DNA from: Beijerinckiaceae bacterium
GTDB taxonomy: Bacteria; Pseudomonadota; Alphaproteobacteria; Rhizobiales; Beijerinckiaceae
NCBI GenBank assembly: GCA_026461505.1
Contig: JAPJMW010000109.1
Span: 177-64,176, forward strand
Direction: 5' to 3'
DNA: 64,000 nt
Part shown: one piece after another, positions 46,359 through 55,329 of the stretch
How positions within the stretch are numbered: the first letter of the stretch is position 1
Layout of the letters: each line of letters opens with the position of its first letter
Made by a program: the position numbers and the translations under genes
Notes under the pieces: model-generated
Told to the model about the DNA's origin: nothing
Databases searched by the model: none
The model's input: only the letters and a program-made list of their open reading frames with translations

Positions 46359-47312
46359 TCAGCGGTTGGAGGAGGCCAAGGCAATCTCGGAGATGGCATC
46401 AAATTCCGGGCCGGAAACGGGAATGTCGATATGAAAAACTTCGGCAATAACTTGCGTCCAGCCATGGATGAAATAGGTCCACCCATCCTCGATCTGGAGA
46501 TGACGCGATGCGAGCTTACGTCGCGCCTGATCCAGAAAAACGAGATCGCCGCGATAATTCAAATCCCATACAATGCCGTTTTCGGGAAAGATCGCAGCAT
46601 CCGTTAGAGGCGAGCCGGGGGCATCTTTGCCCAAGCCTGTCGCATTAATCACCATGGATCCCGGCTTAAGCTGGCTGAGCACGGCATCGTTATCGACAGG
46701 CTTTGGCGCCAGCACATAGTCGACGGGAACCTTGACCCCCATTTCGCTATGAATGCGCCTGATTTCGTCTAGTCGGCCAGCACTTCGATTCGATACGATG
46801 ATCCGCGAGGGAACATCCAGACCGCGCTCGGCGCGCATCATATGCCAGGTTAACGCGATGGTGGACCCTCCGGCTCCGATGGAAAACAGCTCGGCACCTG
46901 TCCGTTTAAAATACCCCGCCGGAATAAACCCGTCGATGGCTAGCCCCGAGGAAATCGGATCTTTGGCATGACACACAAGGCGGCCATTCTGCTTGGAAAT
47001 GCAGCTTGTTTCTCCCATGGTCGCGGCATGGGGATCAATGACATCAAACATGTCCTTGCAGGCTTGAAAGAGATCAATCTTATGGGTCGTCACCAGAGCG
47101 CCAAGCGATAACGGGTCGTGTTTGATAAATTCAACGGCCTCTCGATAGGCTGCGGCATCGGCGTGCAGGGGAAAATCAATTCCCTTAATCACGGCGTCTT
47201 TGAGGCCAAGATGAGCTGCCCATGCCGGAAACACCTTCATAATCGAGCTTTTGGTTGTTGTTACCCCGATAAAATAAAGGGTTGGAACAGTCGCAGCTGA
47301 ATAAGATGTCAT
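46359..47312 (-). CDS. Shikimate/quinate-dehydrogenase-like protein (AroE-like paralogue)
   Basis: ..FIGVTTTKSSIMKVFPAWA.., ..GALVTTHK.. and Rossmann ..SIGAGGSTIA.. 317 aa. Family-level call. Confidence 0.7.
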   Translation of the reverse strand: MTSYSAATVPTLYFIGVTTTKSSIMKVFPAWAAHLGLKDAVIKGIDFPLHADAAAYREAVEFIKHDPLSLGALVTTHKIDLFQACKDMFDVIDPHAATMGETSCISKQNGRLVCHAKDPISSGLAIDGFIPAGYFKRTGAELFSIGAGGSTIALTWHMMRAERGLDVPSRIIVSNRSAGRLDEIRRIHSEMGVKVPVDYVLAPKPVDNDAVLSQLKPGSMVINATGLGKDAPGSPLTDAAIFPENGIVWDLNYRGDLVFLDQARRKLASRHLQIEDGWTYFIHGWTQVIAEVFHIDIPVSGPEFDAISEIALASSNR

Positions 47313-47965
47313 TTCCTTGCCTCACGGATCGCTTTGACACGCTCGACGGCGGCACGCGCCAATTTGGTAATATCGGCGAACCTGCCTTCCCGTATATCGG
47401 CTGAGCGGGCAATCCATGTACCGCCCACAGCCGCAACGCTCGGCAAAGTCAGCCAATCCCCCATCGTGTCGGGACTGACGCCGCCTGTCGGAATGAAGCT
47501 CACGCCCAGATGAGCGAAAGGTGCAGCGACGCCCTCAAGAGCTTTAGGGCCGCCCGCAATGCCTGCCGGAAAGAATTTAGCGAAGCGCAAGCCGCTACAA
47601 ACAACGCCAGACAATTCGCTCGGCGTCATAATACCGGGCGCAAACGGCATGCCCATTGCAATCGCTGCGTCAACAATCGGGGCATCAAATCCGGGTGACA
47701 GGCAAAAGCTCGCTCCTGCTGCTTTCGCAGAATTAAGCGAAGCCAGATCGAGAACCGTGCCAGCACCAACGATCAGCTCAGGCCGTTCGCGATGGAGGAT
47801 ATCAAGCACATCGGCAGCGGCCGCCGTGCGAAAGGTAATTTCGGCGATGCCGAGGCCACCTTCAAGCAAGGCATCGGCAAGCGGAAGCGCATCCTGCACG
47901 CGGTCAATTGCAATGACAGGCACCACGCCGATGGCGGCAATTTGGGCAAATAAATCAAGAGACAT
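47309..47965 (-). CDS. eda: KDPG/KHG aldolase
   Basis: ..VVPVIAID.., ..IAEITFRT.., ..GAGTVL.., Schiff-base lysine context ..RFAKFFPA.. and ..FIPTGGV.. Confidence 0.85.
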   Translation of the reverse strand: MSLDLFAQIAAIGVVPVIAIDRVQDALPLADALLEGGLGIAEITFRTAAAADVLDILHRERPELIVGAGTVLDLASLNSAKAAGASFCLSPGFDAPIVDAAIAMGMPFAPGIMTPSELSGVVCSGLRFAKFFPAGIAGGPKALEGVAAPFAHLGVSFIPTGGVSPDTMGDWLTLPSVAAVGGTWIARSADIREGRFADITKLARAAVERVKAIREARK

Positions 47966-47988
47966 GGAGTAACCTACAATCAGTGGGA

Positions 47989-48618
47989 TTAATCGGCCTT
48001 GGCCTGTATTTCGGCGATGAGATGATCGGAGCGCACGCGGTATTGTTTATTTTCAACAGCCTTCCAGCCGCCTTTACCGTCATCAATGATTCGGTTTCGC
48101 ATGCCGCCTGCCTTCGCGATGATGTCGTAATCCTGGCCAGAATCGGCGGGGTAAGCGAAGGTCATCACCAGTTCACCGGGGCCCGTATTGACCGAGCGAT
48201 GAATCCAGAAGGGTGGCACATAACACATGGTCCGCGGGGCAATCTCGATGGTGCGGATTTCACCTGCGGGCGATTCGAGCAGCATAATGCCGGTGCCCTT
48301 TTCGCCATAATACATTTCCGGCCTATTGGGCTTTGCATGGATATGGCCGCGGGTCAGAAAATATTCATTTCCCACTTTGCCCGGAATCATGCGGGTAACA
48401 CCGATAATCATATCGCCGCTCATGCTTGATGGCTTATAATCGGTCACTTCATAGACAATTTCATCAGCCATTTTGGCAAGAAGCGAAGTATAGGCTGCCT
48501 GATCTTCATACAGGCCTTCTAAGTCAAGCAGAGTCTTTACATAGCGGTTTGTTGCTCCCTTCAGCTCACCTCGCTCCACATCAACGGTGCACAGGCCCGG
48601 CTCTCTCATTTGCATCAT
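47989..48618 (-). CDS. Cupin-type (archaeal-like) glucose-6-phosphate isomerase family protein
   Basis: ..FLTRGHIHAKPNRPEMYYGEKG..G.ML.. and ..YVPPFWIHRSVNTG.. resemble the cupin PGI metal site. The start ATGATG lies behind GAAGGGG. Confidence 0.7.
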   Translation of the reverse strand: MMQMREPGLCTVDVERGELKGATNRYVKTLLDLEGLYEDQAAYTSLLAKMADEIVYEVTDYKPSSMSGDMIIGVTRMIPGKVGNEYFLTRGHIHAKPNRPEMYYGEKGTGIMLLESPAGEIRTIEIAPRTMCYVPPFWIHRSVNTGPGELVMTFAYPADSGQDYDIIAKAGGMRNRIIDDGKGGWKAVENKQYRVRSDHLIAEIQAKAD

Positions 48619-48814
48619 ATTACCCCTTCGTCGCACAAATTGCCGTTTTGGTGATAACGTTAATTTTGTAATTTTACTACATAATCTTCTTTTTGGTAAA
48701 ACCAGCCGTGTTTTCGGTACTAAGTATTTTTTTTATAATAATTTAGCTGTTTTTATTGCACCGCAACAAGTTTACATTTGTTGATTGTTATCAAAAATGT
48801 ATAGTTAAAGGCGC

Positions 48815-48844
48815 TTGACGAAGGTCTGGTTTTGTCTCTACGCT
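48815..48844 (+). promoter_or_regulatory. Candidate sigma70-type promoter in the AT-rich divergent region
   Basis: TTGACG (48815-48820), an 18-nt spacer, then TACGCT (48839-48844), about 50 nt upstream of the SBP gene. This is a sequence pattern only. Confidence 0.25.
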
Positions 48845-48893
48845 ACAAAAATGGGTCATAAGAAGCGGCCCGGAAATCGACAGGGAGGATAAG

Positions 48894-49865
48894 ATGAAGA
48901 AGCTAACAATCACGGGCGTATTGCTCGCGACGGGAATGATGACCAGCGCTCTCGGATCGGCTCAGGCCGCGAACTGCAAGGTCGGCGTTGCAATGTATAC
49001 GCTTGGTGCGCCATATTTCGCGGCTCAGGTTGCTGCAGCCGTTGATCAGGCCAAAAAGGCTGGTTGCGAAGTGTCGTCTTCTGACGGCCAGAACGATATG
49101 CAAAAGCAGATCGCAGACGTTGAGGATATGGTCACCAAGGGCGTGAACCTTTTGATCCTTAACCCACGCGATCCAGAAGGCATGGTTGCTACCGCAGACG
49201 CTGCAACCGCCAAGGGCGTCAAAGTCATCGTCATGGATTCGAGCATCAACCCTAAGGCACATGTTGTGACCCAGGTTCGCTCGTCGAATGACCAGAACGG
49301 CTATCTCGTCGGTCAGTGGCTTGCCAAGAAAATGCAAGGCAAGCCAATGAAAATCATTCTCTTGTCGGGTGACAAGGGCAATGAAGTTGGTCGCGATCGT
49401 CGTCTCGGCGTCTTCAAAGGCATCGTCGAAGGTCAGTTGACCAATGAAGGCAAGTCAAGCTTTCAGGTTCTCGGCCAAGGTTGGGGCGGTTGGGCTGACG
49501 AGGGCGGTCTGAAGGCCATGGAAGATCTTCTCCAGGCTCATCAGGACGTCAACGTCGTGATCGGTGAAAATGACTCGATGGTTCTTGGCGCCATGAAGGC
49601 TTTGAAGGCCGCTGGTAAGAAAGACGTTCTTGTGCTCGCCGCTGCTGACGCTCAAAAGGAAGCTCTTGAAGCGATCAAAGAAGGAACGTACGGCGCAACA
49701 GGCCTGAACGATCCTGATCTTGTGGCTCGTACGGCCATTGATATTGGTCTTAAGGCGCTTAACGGTTCGCTTGCTGGCGATTTCCCGAAATTGTTCCTGA
49801 CGACACCAGCCGTGATCACGAAAGAGAATGTTGACAAGTTCTACCGCAAAGAAGCTGTTTTCTGA
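48894..49865 (+). CDS. Monosaccharide/polyol ABC transporter periplasmic binding protein (RbsB-like, CUT2)
   Basis: Signal peptide MKKLTITGVLLATGMMTSALGSAQA and a type-I PBP pattern (..KVGVAMYTLGAPYF.., ..GENDSMVLGA..). Confidence 0.9.
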   Translation: MKKLTITGVLLATGMMTSALGSAQAANCKVGVAMYTLGAPYFAAQVAAAVDQAKKAGCEVSSSDGQNDMQKQIADVEDMVTKGVNLLILNPRDPEGMVATADAATAKGVKVIVMDSSINPKAHVVTQVRSSNDQNGYLVGQWLAKKMQGKPMKIILLSGDKGNEVGRDRRLGVFKGIVEGQLTNEGKSSFQVLGQGWGGWADEGGLKAMEDLLQAHQDVNVVIGENDSMVLGAMKALKAAGKKDVLVLAAADAQKEALEAIKEGTYGATGLNDPDLVARTAIDIGLKALNGSLAGDFPKLFLTTPAVITKENVDKFYRKEAVF

Positions 49866-49895
49866 GGATTGCGGTTAAACGAAGTTCCCCAGTGG

Positions 49896-49923
49896 CGGCG
49901 GCAGCGTTATCATGCTGCCGCCG
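49896..49923 (+). terminator. Intercistronic stem-loop between the SBP and ATPase genes
   Basis: CGGCGGCAGC (49896-49905), loop GTTATCAT, then GCTGCCGCCG (49914-49923), followed by TTTCTCT. Confidence 0.65.
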
Positions 49924-49949
49924 TTTCTCTCAAGCTAGGCAAAAAGGCA

Positions 49950-51449
49950 ATGACCGACCTCGTCAAGCTTACGGCCATCACCAAATCCTTCGGGGGCATC
50001 CACGCGCTTGGCGGCGTTGATTTTGATGTCCGGGCCGGTGAAATCCACGCACTGCTAGGTGAAAATGGTGCTGGAAAATCAACACTGATGCGCGTTTTAG
50101 GCGGCGAGATGCTGCCCAGCAGCGGCACGGTTGAAATCGAAGGCCGTCAAATCGAGTTTACCGGCCCCAGCACGGCGCGGGCCTTAGGTATCGCGGTCAT
50201 TCATCAAGAATTCGCACTCGCGCCCGATCTCACGGTTGCTGAAAATATTTTTCTTGGCGAGCTACCCGCGATTATTGGCTGGATCACGCTTAAAAAGCGC
50301 GCTGGTGAGCTCATCCAACGTCTAGGCTTTGACATCGACCCTGGCGCCACAGTTGGCAGCCTTGCCGTCGCCCATCAGCAAATTGTCGAAATTGCCAAAG
50401 CGCTCTCACGCGATGTTAAAATTATCGTGTTCGACGAGCCAACGGCAGTGCTAGCCACGCAAGATGCCGAGCGACTGCATGATATCATCCGCGGCCTTCG
50501 CGCACGCGGTGTCGGCATCGTCTACATTTCCCATCGGCTGGAAGAGGTTTTTGCGATCGCTGACCGGATGACGGTCATGAAAGATGGCAAAGTGGTCGCG
50601 ACCGTTGAAGCCAGCAGCGTTTCAATTGACGATGTGATCCGGATGATGGTTGGGCGACCAATCTCAACCATGTTTCCTGATCGCAAATCGCGCAGCTTTG
50701 GTCCGATTAAACTCGATGTTCAAAATCTGGTATCGGGCCGTCTCGTCAAAGATGTCAGCTTCTCTATCCGTGCCGGTGAGATTGTCGGACTAGGCGGGTT
50801 GGTAGGCGCTGGACGAACTGAAGTAGCACGCGCTATTTTTGGTGCTGACCGGCTTGAATCAGGTGTCGTCAGCCTGAATGGCAAAGCGTTACGGCTACAA
50901 TCGCCGCGTGATGCGGTTCAGGCGGGCATTGGCCTGTTGCCGGAAGATCGCAAACTGCAAGGCGTCATTCTCAATCAGCCTATCCGCGTGAATGCGACAA
51001 TGTCTCGCTTATCCTCCGTGGTGAACCGCTTCGGCTTTCTCAAAAGCAAAGAGGAAGGCCGCTCGGTAACGGCTTTAAGTGATAATCTGCGTCTCAAAGC
51101 CTCCAGCATTGATGCTCCGGTTTCGAGCCTTTCTGGCGGTAACCAGCAAAAGGTTGTGCTTGCCAAATGGTTCTATGCCGATGGCGATATCATCATTCTC
51201 GACGAGCCTACGCGCGGTGTTGATGTTGGCGCAAAATCTGAAATTTATGCTCTGGTTAATCGCCTGAGCGAGGCGGGCAAAGCGGTGTTGGTGATCTCAT
51301 CCGAGCACCAGGAACTGTTTGGTCTATGTGATCGAATTCTCGTAATGCGCGAAGGCGCACTTTGCGGAGAACTTCTACCGGACGACTACAGCGAGGAAAA
51401 CCTTCTCTCGCTCGCGATGACCGGTGAACCAGCACGAAAGAAGCGGTGA
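49950..51449 (+). CDS. CUT2 sugar ABC transporter ATPase with tandem nucleotide-binding domains (RbsA-like)
   Basis: First domain: GENGAGKST and IVFDEPT. Second domain: LSGGNQQK and IILDEPTRGVD. ATG 49950 was chosen because the listed upstream extension covers the hairpin. Confidence 0.95.
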   Translation: MTDLVKLTAITKSFGGIHALGGVDFDVRAGEIHALLGENGAGKSTLMRVLGGEMLPSSGTVEIEGRQIEFTGPSTARALGIAVIHQEFALAPDLTVAENIFLGELPAIIGWITLKKRAGELIQRLGFDIDPGATVGSLAVAHQQIVEIAKALSRDVKIIVFDEPTAVLATQDAERLHDIIRGLRARGVGIVYISHRLEEVFAIADRMTVMKDGKVVATVEASSVSIDDVIRMMVGRPISTMFPDRKSRSFGPIKLDVQNLVSGRLVKDVSFSIRAGEIVGLGGLVGAGRTEVARAIFGADRLESGVVSLNGKALRLQSPRDAVQAGIGLLPEDRKLQGVILNQPIRVNATMSRLSSVVNRFGFLKSKEEGRSVTALSDNLRLKASSIDAPVSSLSGGNQQKVVLAKWFYADGDIIILDEPTRGVDVGAKSEIYALVNRLSEAGKAVLVISSEHQELFGLCDRILVMREGALCGELLPDDYSEENLLSLAMTGEPARKKR

Positions 51450-51456
51450 GGCAGAC

Positions 51457-52446
51457 ATGACGGTTGCTCCAGAGAGCCGCATTCAAAGCGGCAAGACCCC
51501 TATCTCAGAAATCATCCAGCGTTTCGGTACGCTGAGTATTTTCCTCGTTCTCGTCGTCGTTGCCAGCTTCTGGTCCGATAGCTTTTTGACGCAGACCAAT
51601 ATCCTCAATGTGCTCCGACAAGTGGCCTCAAGTGCAGGCATCATGTCGGTCGGCATGTTGTTTGTTATTCTCACGCGAGGGATCGATTTATCGGTCGGCT
51701 CGATCGCCGCATTGGGAGGCGTTCTCGTTGCTTATTTCATGGCCTTTTTGGACATGGGAACAGGAACCAGCATTATTTTGACGTTAATCGCAGGCGGCCT
51801 TTGCGGGCTCGTAACCGGCGCGTTCATCGCTTATCTCAAATTGCCATCCTTTGTGATGTCGCTTGCGATGATGGCGATTACCCGCGGCCTATCCCTCATC
51901 ATTTCAGCCGGTCGCCCTATCCCGTTGGGCGATAATGGCGAAGCGCTCGCCAATTTCGGCTCAGGCTTTTATGCCGGTATTCCGCAACCTGTCATCCTGA
52001 TGTTTGCCGTGTTTATCGTGGGCGGTGTTTTGCTCAAATTCACCCAGTTTGGCCGCGTGATTACGGCCATTGGTTCGAATGAAGAGGCAGTGCGTCTATC
52101 GGGTATCGCGGTCCCGCGTTACATCCTCGCGGTCTATGTTATTTCGGGCGTATTAGCCTCTGTTGCCGGCATCATTTCCTCGGCACGTACAGGCGTTGGA
52201 TCGGCACAAGTTGGCGTTGGTGCTGAGCTGAATGTTATCGCAGCCGTTGTGATTGGTGGCGCCAGTTTGATGGGCGGGCGCGGCGGTGTGATCAACACCT
52301 TACTGGGCGCGCTGGTGATGGGCATTATCGGCAATATCATGAATTTGGCAGGAGTGCCGGGCTATCACCAGCAGGTCTATATGGGCCTCATCATCGTGAT
52401 CGCCATGCTGCTGCAATATTCAACCGGATCATTGAAACGCTCATAG
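51457..52446 (+). CDS. CUT2 sugar ABC transporter permease (RbsC-like)
   Basis: Polytopic membrane protein with ..TRGIDLSVGS.. and ..GG.SL.GGRG.. motifs. Confidence 0.9.
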   Translation: MTVAPESRIQSGKTPISEIIQRFGTLSIFLVLVVVASFWSDSFLTQTNILNVLRQVASSAGIMSVGMLFVILTRGIDLSVGSIAALGGVLVAYFMAFLDMGTGTSIILTLIAGGLCGLVTGAFIAYLKLPSFVMSLAMMAITRGLSLIISAGRPIPLGDNGEALANFGSGFYAGIPQPVILMFAVFIVGGVLLKFTQFGRVITAIGSNEEAVRLSGIAVPRYILAVYVISGVLASVAGIISSARTGVGSAQVGVGAELNVIAAVVIGGASLMGGRGGVINTLLGALVMGIIGNIMNLAGVPGYHQQVYMGLIIVIAMLLQYSTGSLKRS

Positions 52447-52466
52447 CGCACGAAGGCCGCCAAGCC

Positions 52467-53969
52467 ATGTCCCGCGATCTCACTTTATCCATTGATGTCG
52501 GCACCGGCAGCGTCCGTGCGGCCCTCGTCGATCAAACGGGATCCATCCTTCACATGGCTGCCCGCGAGCATGATCAGATCGTGCCCGCTTTCGGCTGGGC
52601 TGAGCAACGTCCCGATGACTGGTGGCTGGGCGTGGTGGCGTCCGTTCGCGCGGTGCTGGACGCGGTTGACGGGGGAGCAAGCCGAATAGCGGCCATCTGC
52701 GCCTGCGGGCAAATGCATGGCACGGTGCTGGTGGATGATGAGGGAGCATTAACCCGACAAACCGCACCGCTCTGGAATGATAAGCGGACGCTGGATCATG
52801 TCGCCGATTTCGAGCATCGGCATGGCATGGATATAGCCCTAGCGGAAACCGCCAATCCGCCGACACCCGCTTGGCCGGGCTTCAAACTCGCTTGGTTGCG
52901 TGACAATGATCCGCAAGCCTATCAGCGCGCTTCAATCGTGTTGATGCCAAAAGATTTCATCAATCTCCGGCTCACCGGCAAGCGCGCGATGGATACAGGC
53001 GATGCATCCTGTAGCTTTCTCATGGATGCGGCGCATCAAACCTGGTCGCCGAAAATGATCGAGATGCTGGGTCTCGATGCATCGATTTTGCCTGCAATCC
53101 GGAACCCGCTCGATATATTGGGAAGCGTAACCGCCAAAGCAGCGCGGCTGACCGGTTTGCACGAAGGGACGCCGGTTCTGGTCGGTGGCGCTGACTATCC
53201 TGTGGCCCTTCTTGGCTCCGGTGCCATGCGGCCGGGCCTAGCCTCCGATGTGACGGGCACGTCGTGTATTTTGACGGTCATTGCCGATGCCCCTCTGCGT
53301 GACCCCGAAATCTGCAATGTTGCTACCGTGGAGGGCCATTGGGGGCCCTTCGCGCTGCTTGAAACAGGCGGCGACGCCATGCGGTGGGCACGCCGCGCCT
53401 TCCATGAAAAATCGCTCAGCTATGACGACATTGTCAACAAGGCGTCCGAAGCACCCGCCGGCTCTGATGGGTTGTTCTTTTTGCCCTATTTGGTAGGCGA
53501 GCGCCTCGGCTCGCATCGCAATGCACGGGCACAATTTTTTGGCATCGGGGCGGGGCATGGCTTAGCCTATTTGCATCGTTCTGTTTTGGAAGGTGTGGGC
53601 TTTGCCGCAGCCCGCCATCTCCGCATCATGGAACACGCGACGGGACGAAAAATTGATAAAGTGATAGCTTCGGGTGGCGGCGCGAAAACGAAGCTTTGGC
53701 TACACATCAAAGCGAGCATTTATGGCATCCCGATCATGGTACCGAAGCAGGCGGAATGCGGCGTTATCGGATGCGCTGCAATGGCAGCGACCGCCTCAGG
53801 CCACTTTGCCACATTGGCTGACGCGATCAGCGCCTATGTCAAGTACGACGAGGATATCCTTCCCGATCCCGTCTGGGCGGAGCGCTACCATCGCATGCAG
53901 CCCCTCTTTGATCGCCTCTACCGCCATAGCCAAGAATTTTACGACGATCTCGATAACCTCAATCTTTAA
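52467..53969 (+). CDS. FGGY-family carbohydrate kinase (paralogue 3)
   Basis: ..LSIDVGTGSVRAAL.., ..CGQMHG.., ..PYLVGERL.. and ..SGGGAKTKLW.. Confidence 0.85.
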   Translation: MSRDLTLSIDVGTGSVRAALVDQTGSILHMAAREHDQIVPAFGWAEQRPDDWWLGVVASVRAVLDAVDGGASRIAAICACGQMHGTVLVDDEGALTRQTAPLWNDKRTLDHVADFEHRHGMDIALAETANPPTPAWPGFKLAWLRDNDPQAYQRASIVLMPKDFINLRLTGKRAMDTGDASCSFLMDAAHQTWSPKMIEMLGLDASILPAIRNPLDILGSVTAKAARLTGLHEGTPVLVGGADYPVALLGSGAMRPGLASDVTGTSCILTVIADAPLRDPEICNVATVEGHWGPFALLETGGDAMRWARRAFHEKSLSYDDIVNKASEAPAGSDGLFFLPYLVGERLGSHRNARAQFFGIGAGHGLAYLHRSVLEGVGFAAARHLRIMEHATGRKIDKVIASGGGAKTKLWLHIKASIYGIPIMVPKQAECGVIGCAAMAATASGHFATLADAISAYVKYDEDILPDPVWAERYHRMQPLFDRLYRHSQEFYDDLDNLNL

Positions 53970-54002
53970 ACGCAGCTTTGAGCCCCAACAACGGCCTTAT
54001 GA

Positions 54003-54158
54003 ATGAAAACGACGATGGTTGATGTCCTCTCACCTATCACGCCAGACCTTTTTAAAGATCAGCCTGTTCTCGGTTCCGGTACCTCCAGCGGTACTGGCCG
54101 GGCAATCGCGCAAGGCTTTTCATGGCTTGGCGGTCATGCTGTGGGAGAATGTGCGTGA
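54003..54158 (+). pseudogene. 51-codon remnant of a short-chain dehydrogenase N-terminus
   Basis: ..DLFKDQPVLGSGTSSGTGRAIAQGFSWLGGHAV.. mimics the SDR Rossmann start (VTGxxxGIGxAIA) with degraded Gly motifs. It terminates at a TGA overlapping the gldA ATG (TGATG). No SD. Confidence 0.45.
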
Positions 54159-55276
54159 TGGGTAGCGTTAGCGGACGATCCTTCGGCGGCCCCGGAAAAT
54201 ACATTCAACGCGCTGGCGAAATCACGCGCCTTGCCGAGCATATCCGGCCTCTGGGTAGTCATATTTTTGTTCTGATTGATCCCATGGCGGCAAAGCTGTT
54301 TGGCTCCGTTATTGAGCAATCCTTGCAGGAAGCAGGCTTGAAAGCCACCATAGAAATCTTTGGCGGCGAATGCTGTAACGAGGAAATTACTCGGGTCATT
54401 GCCCTTGCCCGTAATGTCAAAGCGGATGTGATTATCGGCATCGGTGGCGGTAAAACCGCCGATACCTCTAAATTGACAGCGATAGCCACCGGCGCGCGGA
54501 TTGCAATCGTCCCAACGATCGCATCAACGGATGCCCCGTGCAGCGCCATTGCCGTGCGCTATGATAGCCATGGCGTTTATCAAGAATCGATGTTTTTACC
54601 GCGCAACCCCGATGTCGTCATCGTTGATAGCGCGATTATTGCCGCAGCCCCTGTCCGCTTTCTGGTAGCGGGTATTGGCGACGCGCTTTCAACATGGTTT
54701 GAGGCGCGCTCTAATCTCGATTCAAACTCAAACAACCTCGTTCAACCCAATCTGCCGCCGCCCGCCGCAGGCATCAGCATTGCACGCACCTGCCATGAAG
54801 TGCTGATGCGGGATGCGTTGGCAGCAAAGCTTGCCGTCGAGCGTGGAGCGCTCACACAGGCCGTTGAAAACATCATTGAGGCCAATACGCTATTAAGCGG
54901 TTTAGGCTTTGAAAATTGCGGCGTCTCGGCGGCCCATGGCATTCATGACGGGCTTACCGTTCTGGATGAAACGCATTCATTCTATCACGGCGAAAAAGTG
55001 GCGTTTGGCGTTTTGTGTTTGCTCATGCTCGAAGGCCGCCCATTGGCTGAAATCGAGGAGATGGCGCGGTTTTGTCAAAGGCTTGGCCTACCCACCACAC
55101 TCGCTGATCTTCACCTCGGCTCCGTCACGCGGGAGCAAATCGGCCTTGTGGCGGAAGCATCGCTCAAATCCGGTTCGGCGACGTGGAAGGTTGCCGTACC
55201 GCTTTCCGTCGACATTGTACGCGACGCCATTATCGCCACCGACGCCTTTACGACGAGCCTATTCGCTCATCCTTAA
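54158..55276 (+). CDS. gldA: Glycerol dehydrogenase (Fe-ADH family III)
   Basis: ..PGKYIQRAGE.., ..GIGGGKTADT.K.., ..VPTIASTDAPCSA.., ..GIGDALSTWFEAR.. and ..YHGEKVAFG.. closely parallel GldA. Confidence 0.9.
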   Translation: MGSVSGRSFGGPGKYIQRAGEITRLAEHIRPLGSHIFVLIDPMAAKLFGSVIEQSLQEAGLKATIEIFGGECCNEEITRVIALARNVKADVIIGIGGGKTADTSKLTAIATGARIAIVPTIASTDAPCSAIAVRYDSHGVYQESMFLPRNPDVVIVDSAIIAAAPVRFLVAGIGDALSTWFEARSNLDSNSNNLVQPNLPPPAAGISIARTCHEVLMRDALAAKLAVERGALTQAVENIIEANTLLSGLGFENCGVSAAHGIHDGLTVLDETHSFYHGEKVAFGVLCLLMLEGRPLAEIEEMARFCQRLGLPTTLADLHLGSVTREQIGLVAEASLKSGSATWKVAVPLSVDIVRDAIIATDAFTTSLFAHP

Positions 55277-55329
55277 ACCACAATGCCTCTCCCGTGAGGG
55301 GCTCTTGACACGACAAAAGGATATTTCAG

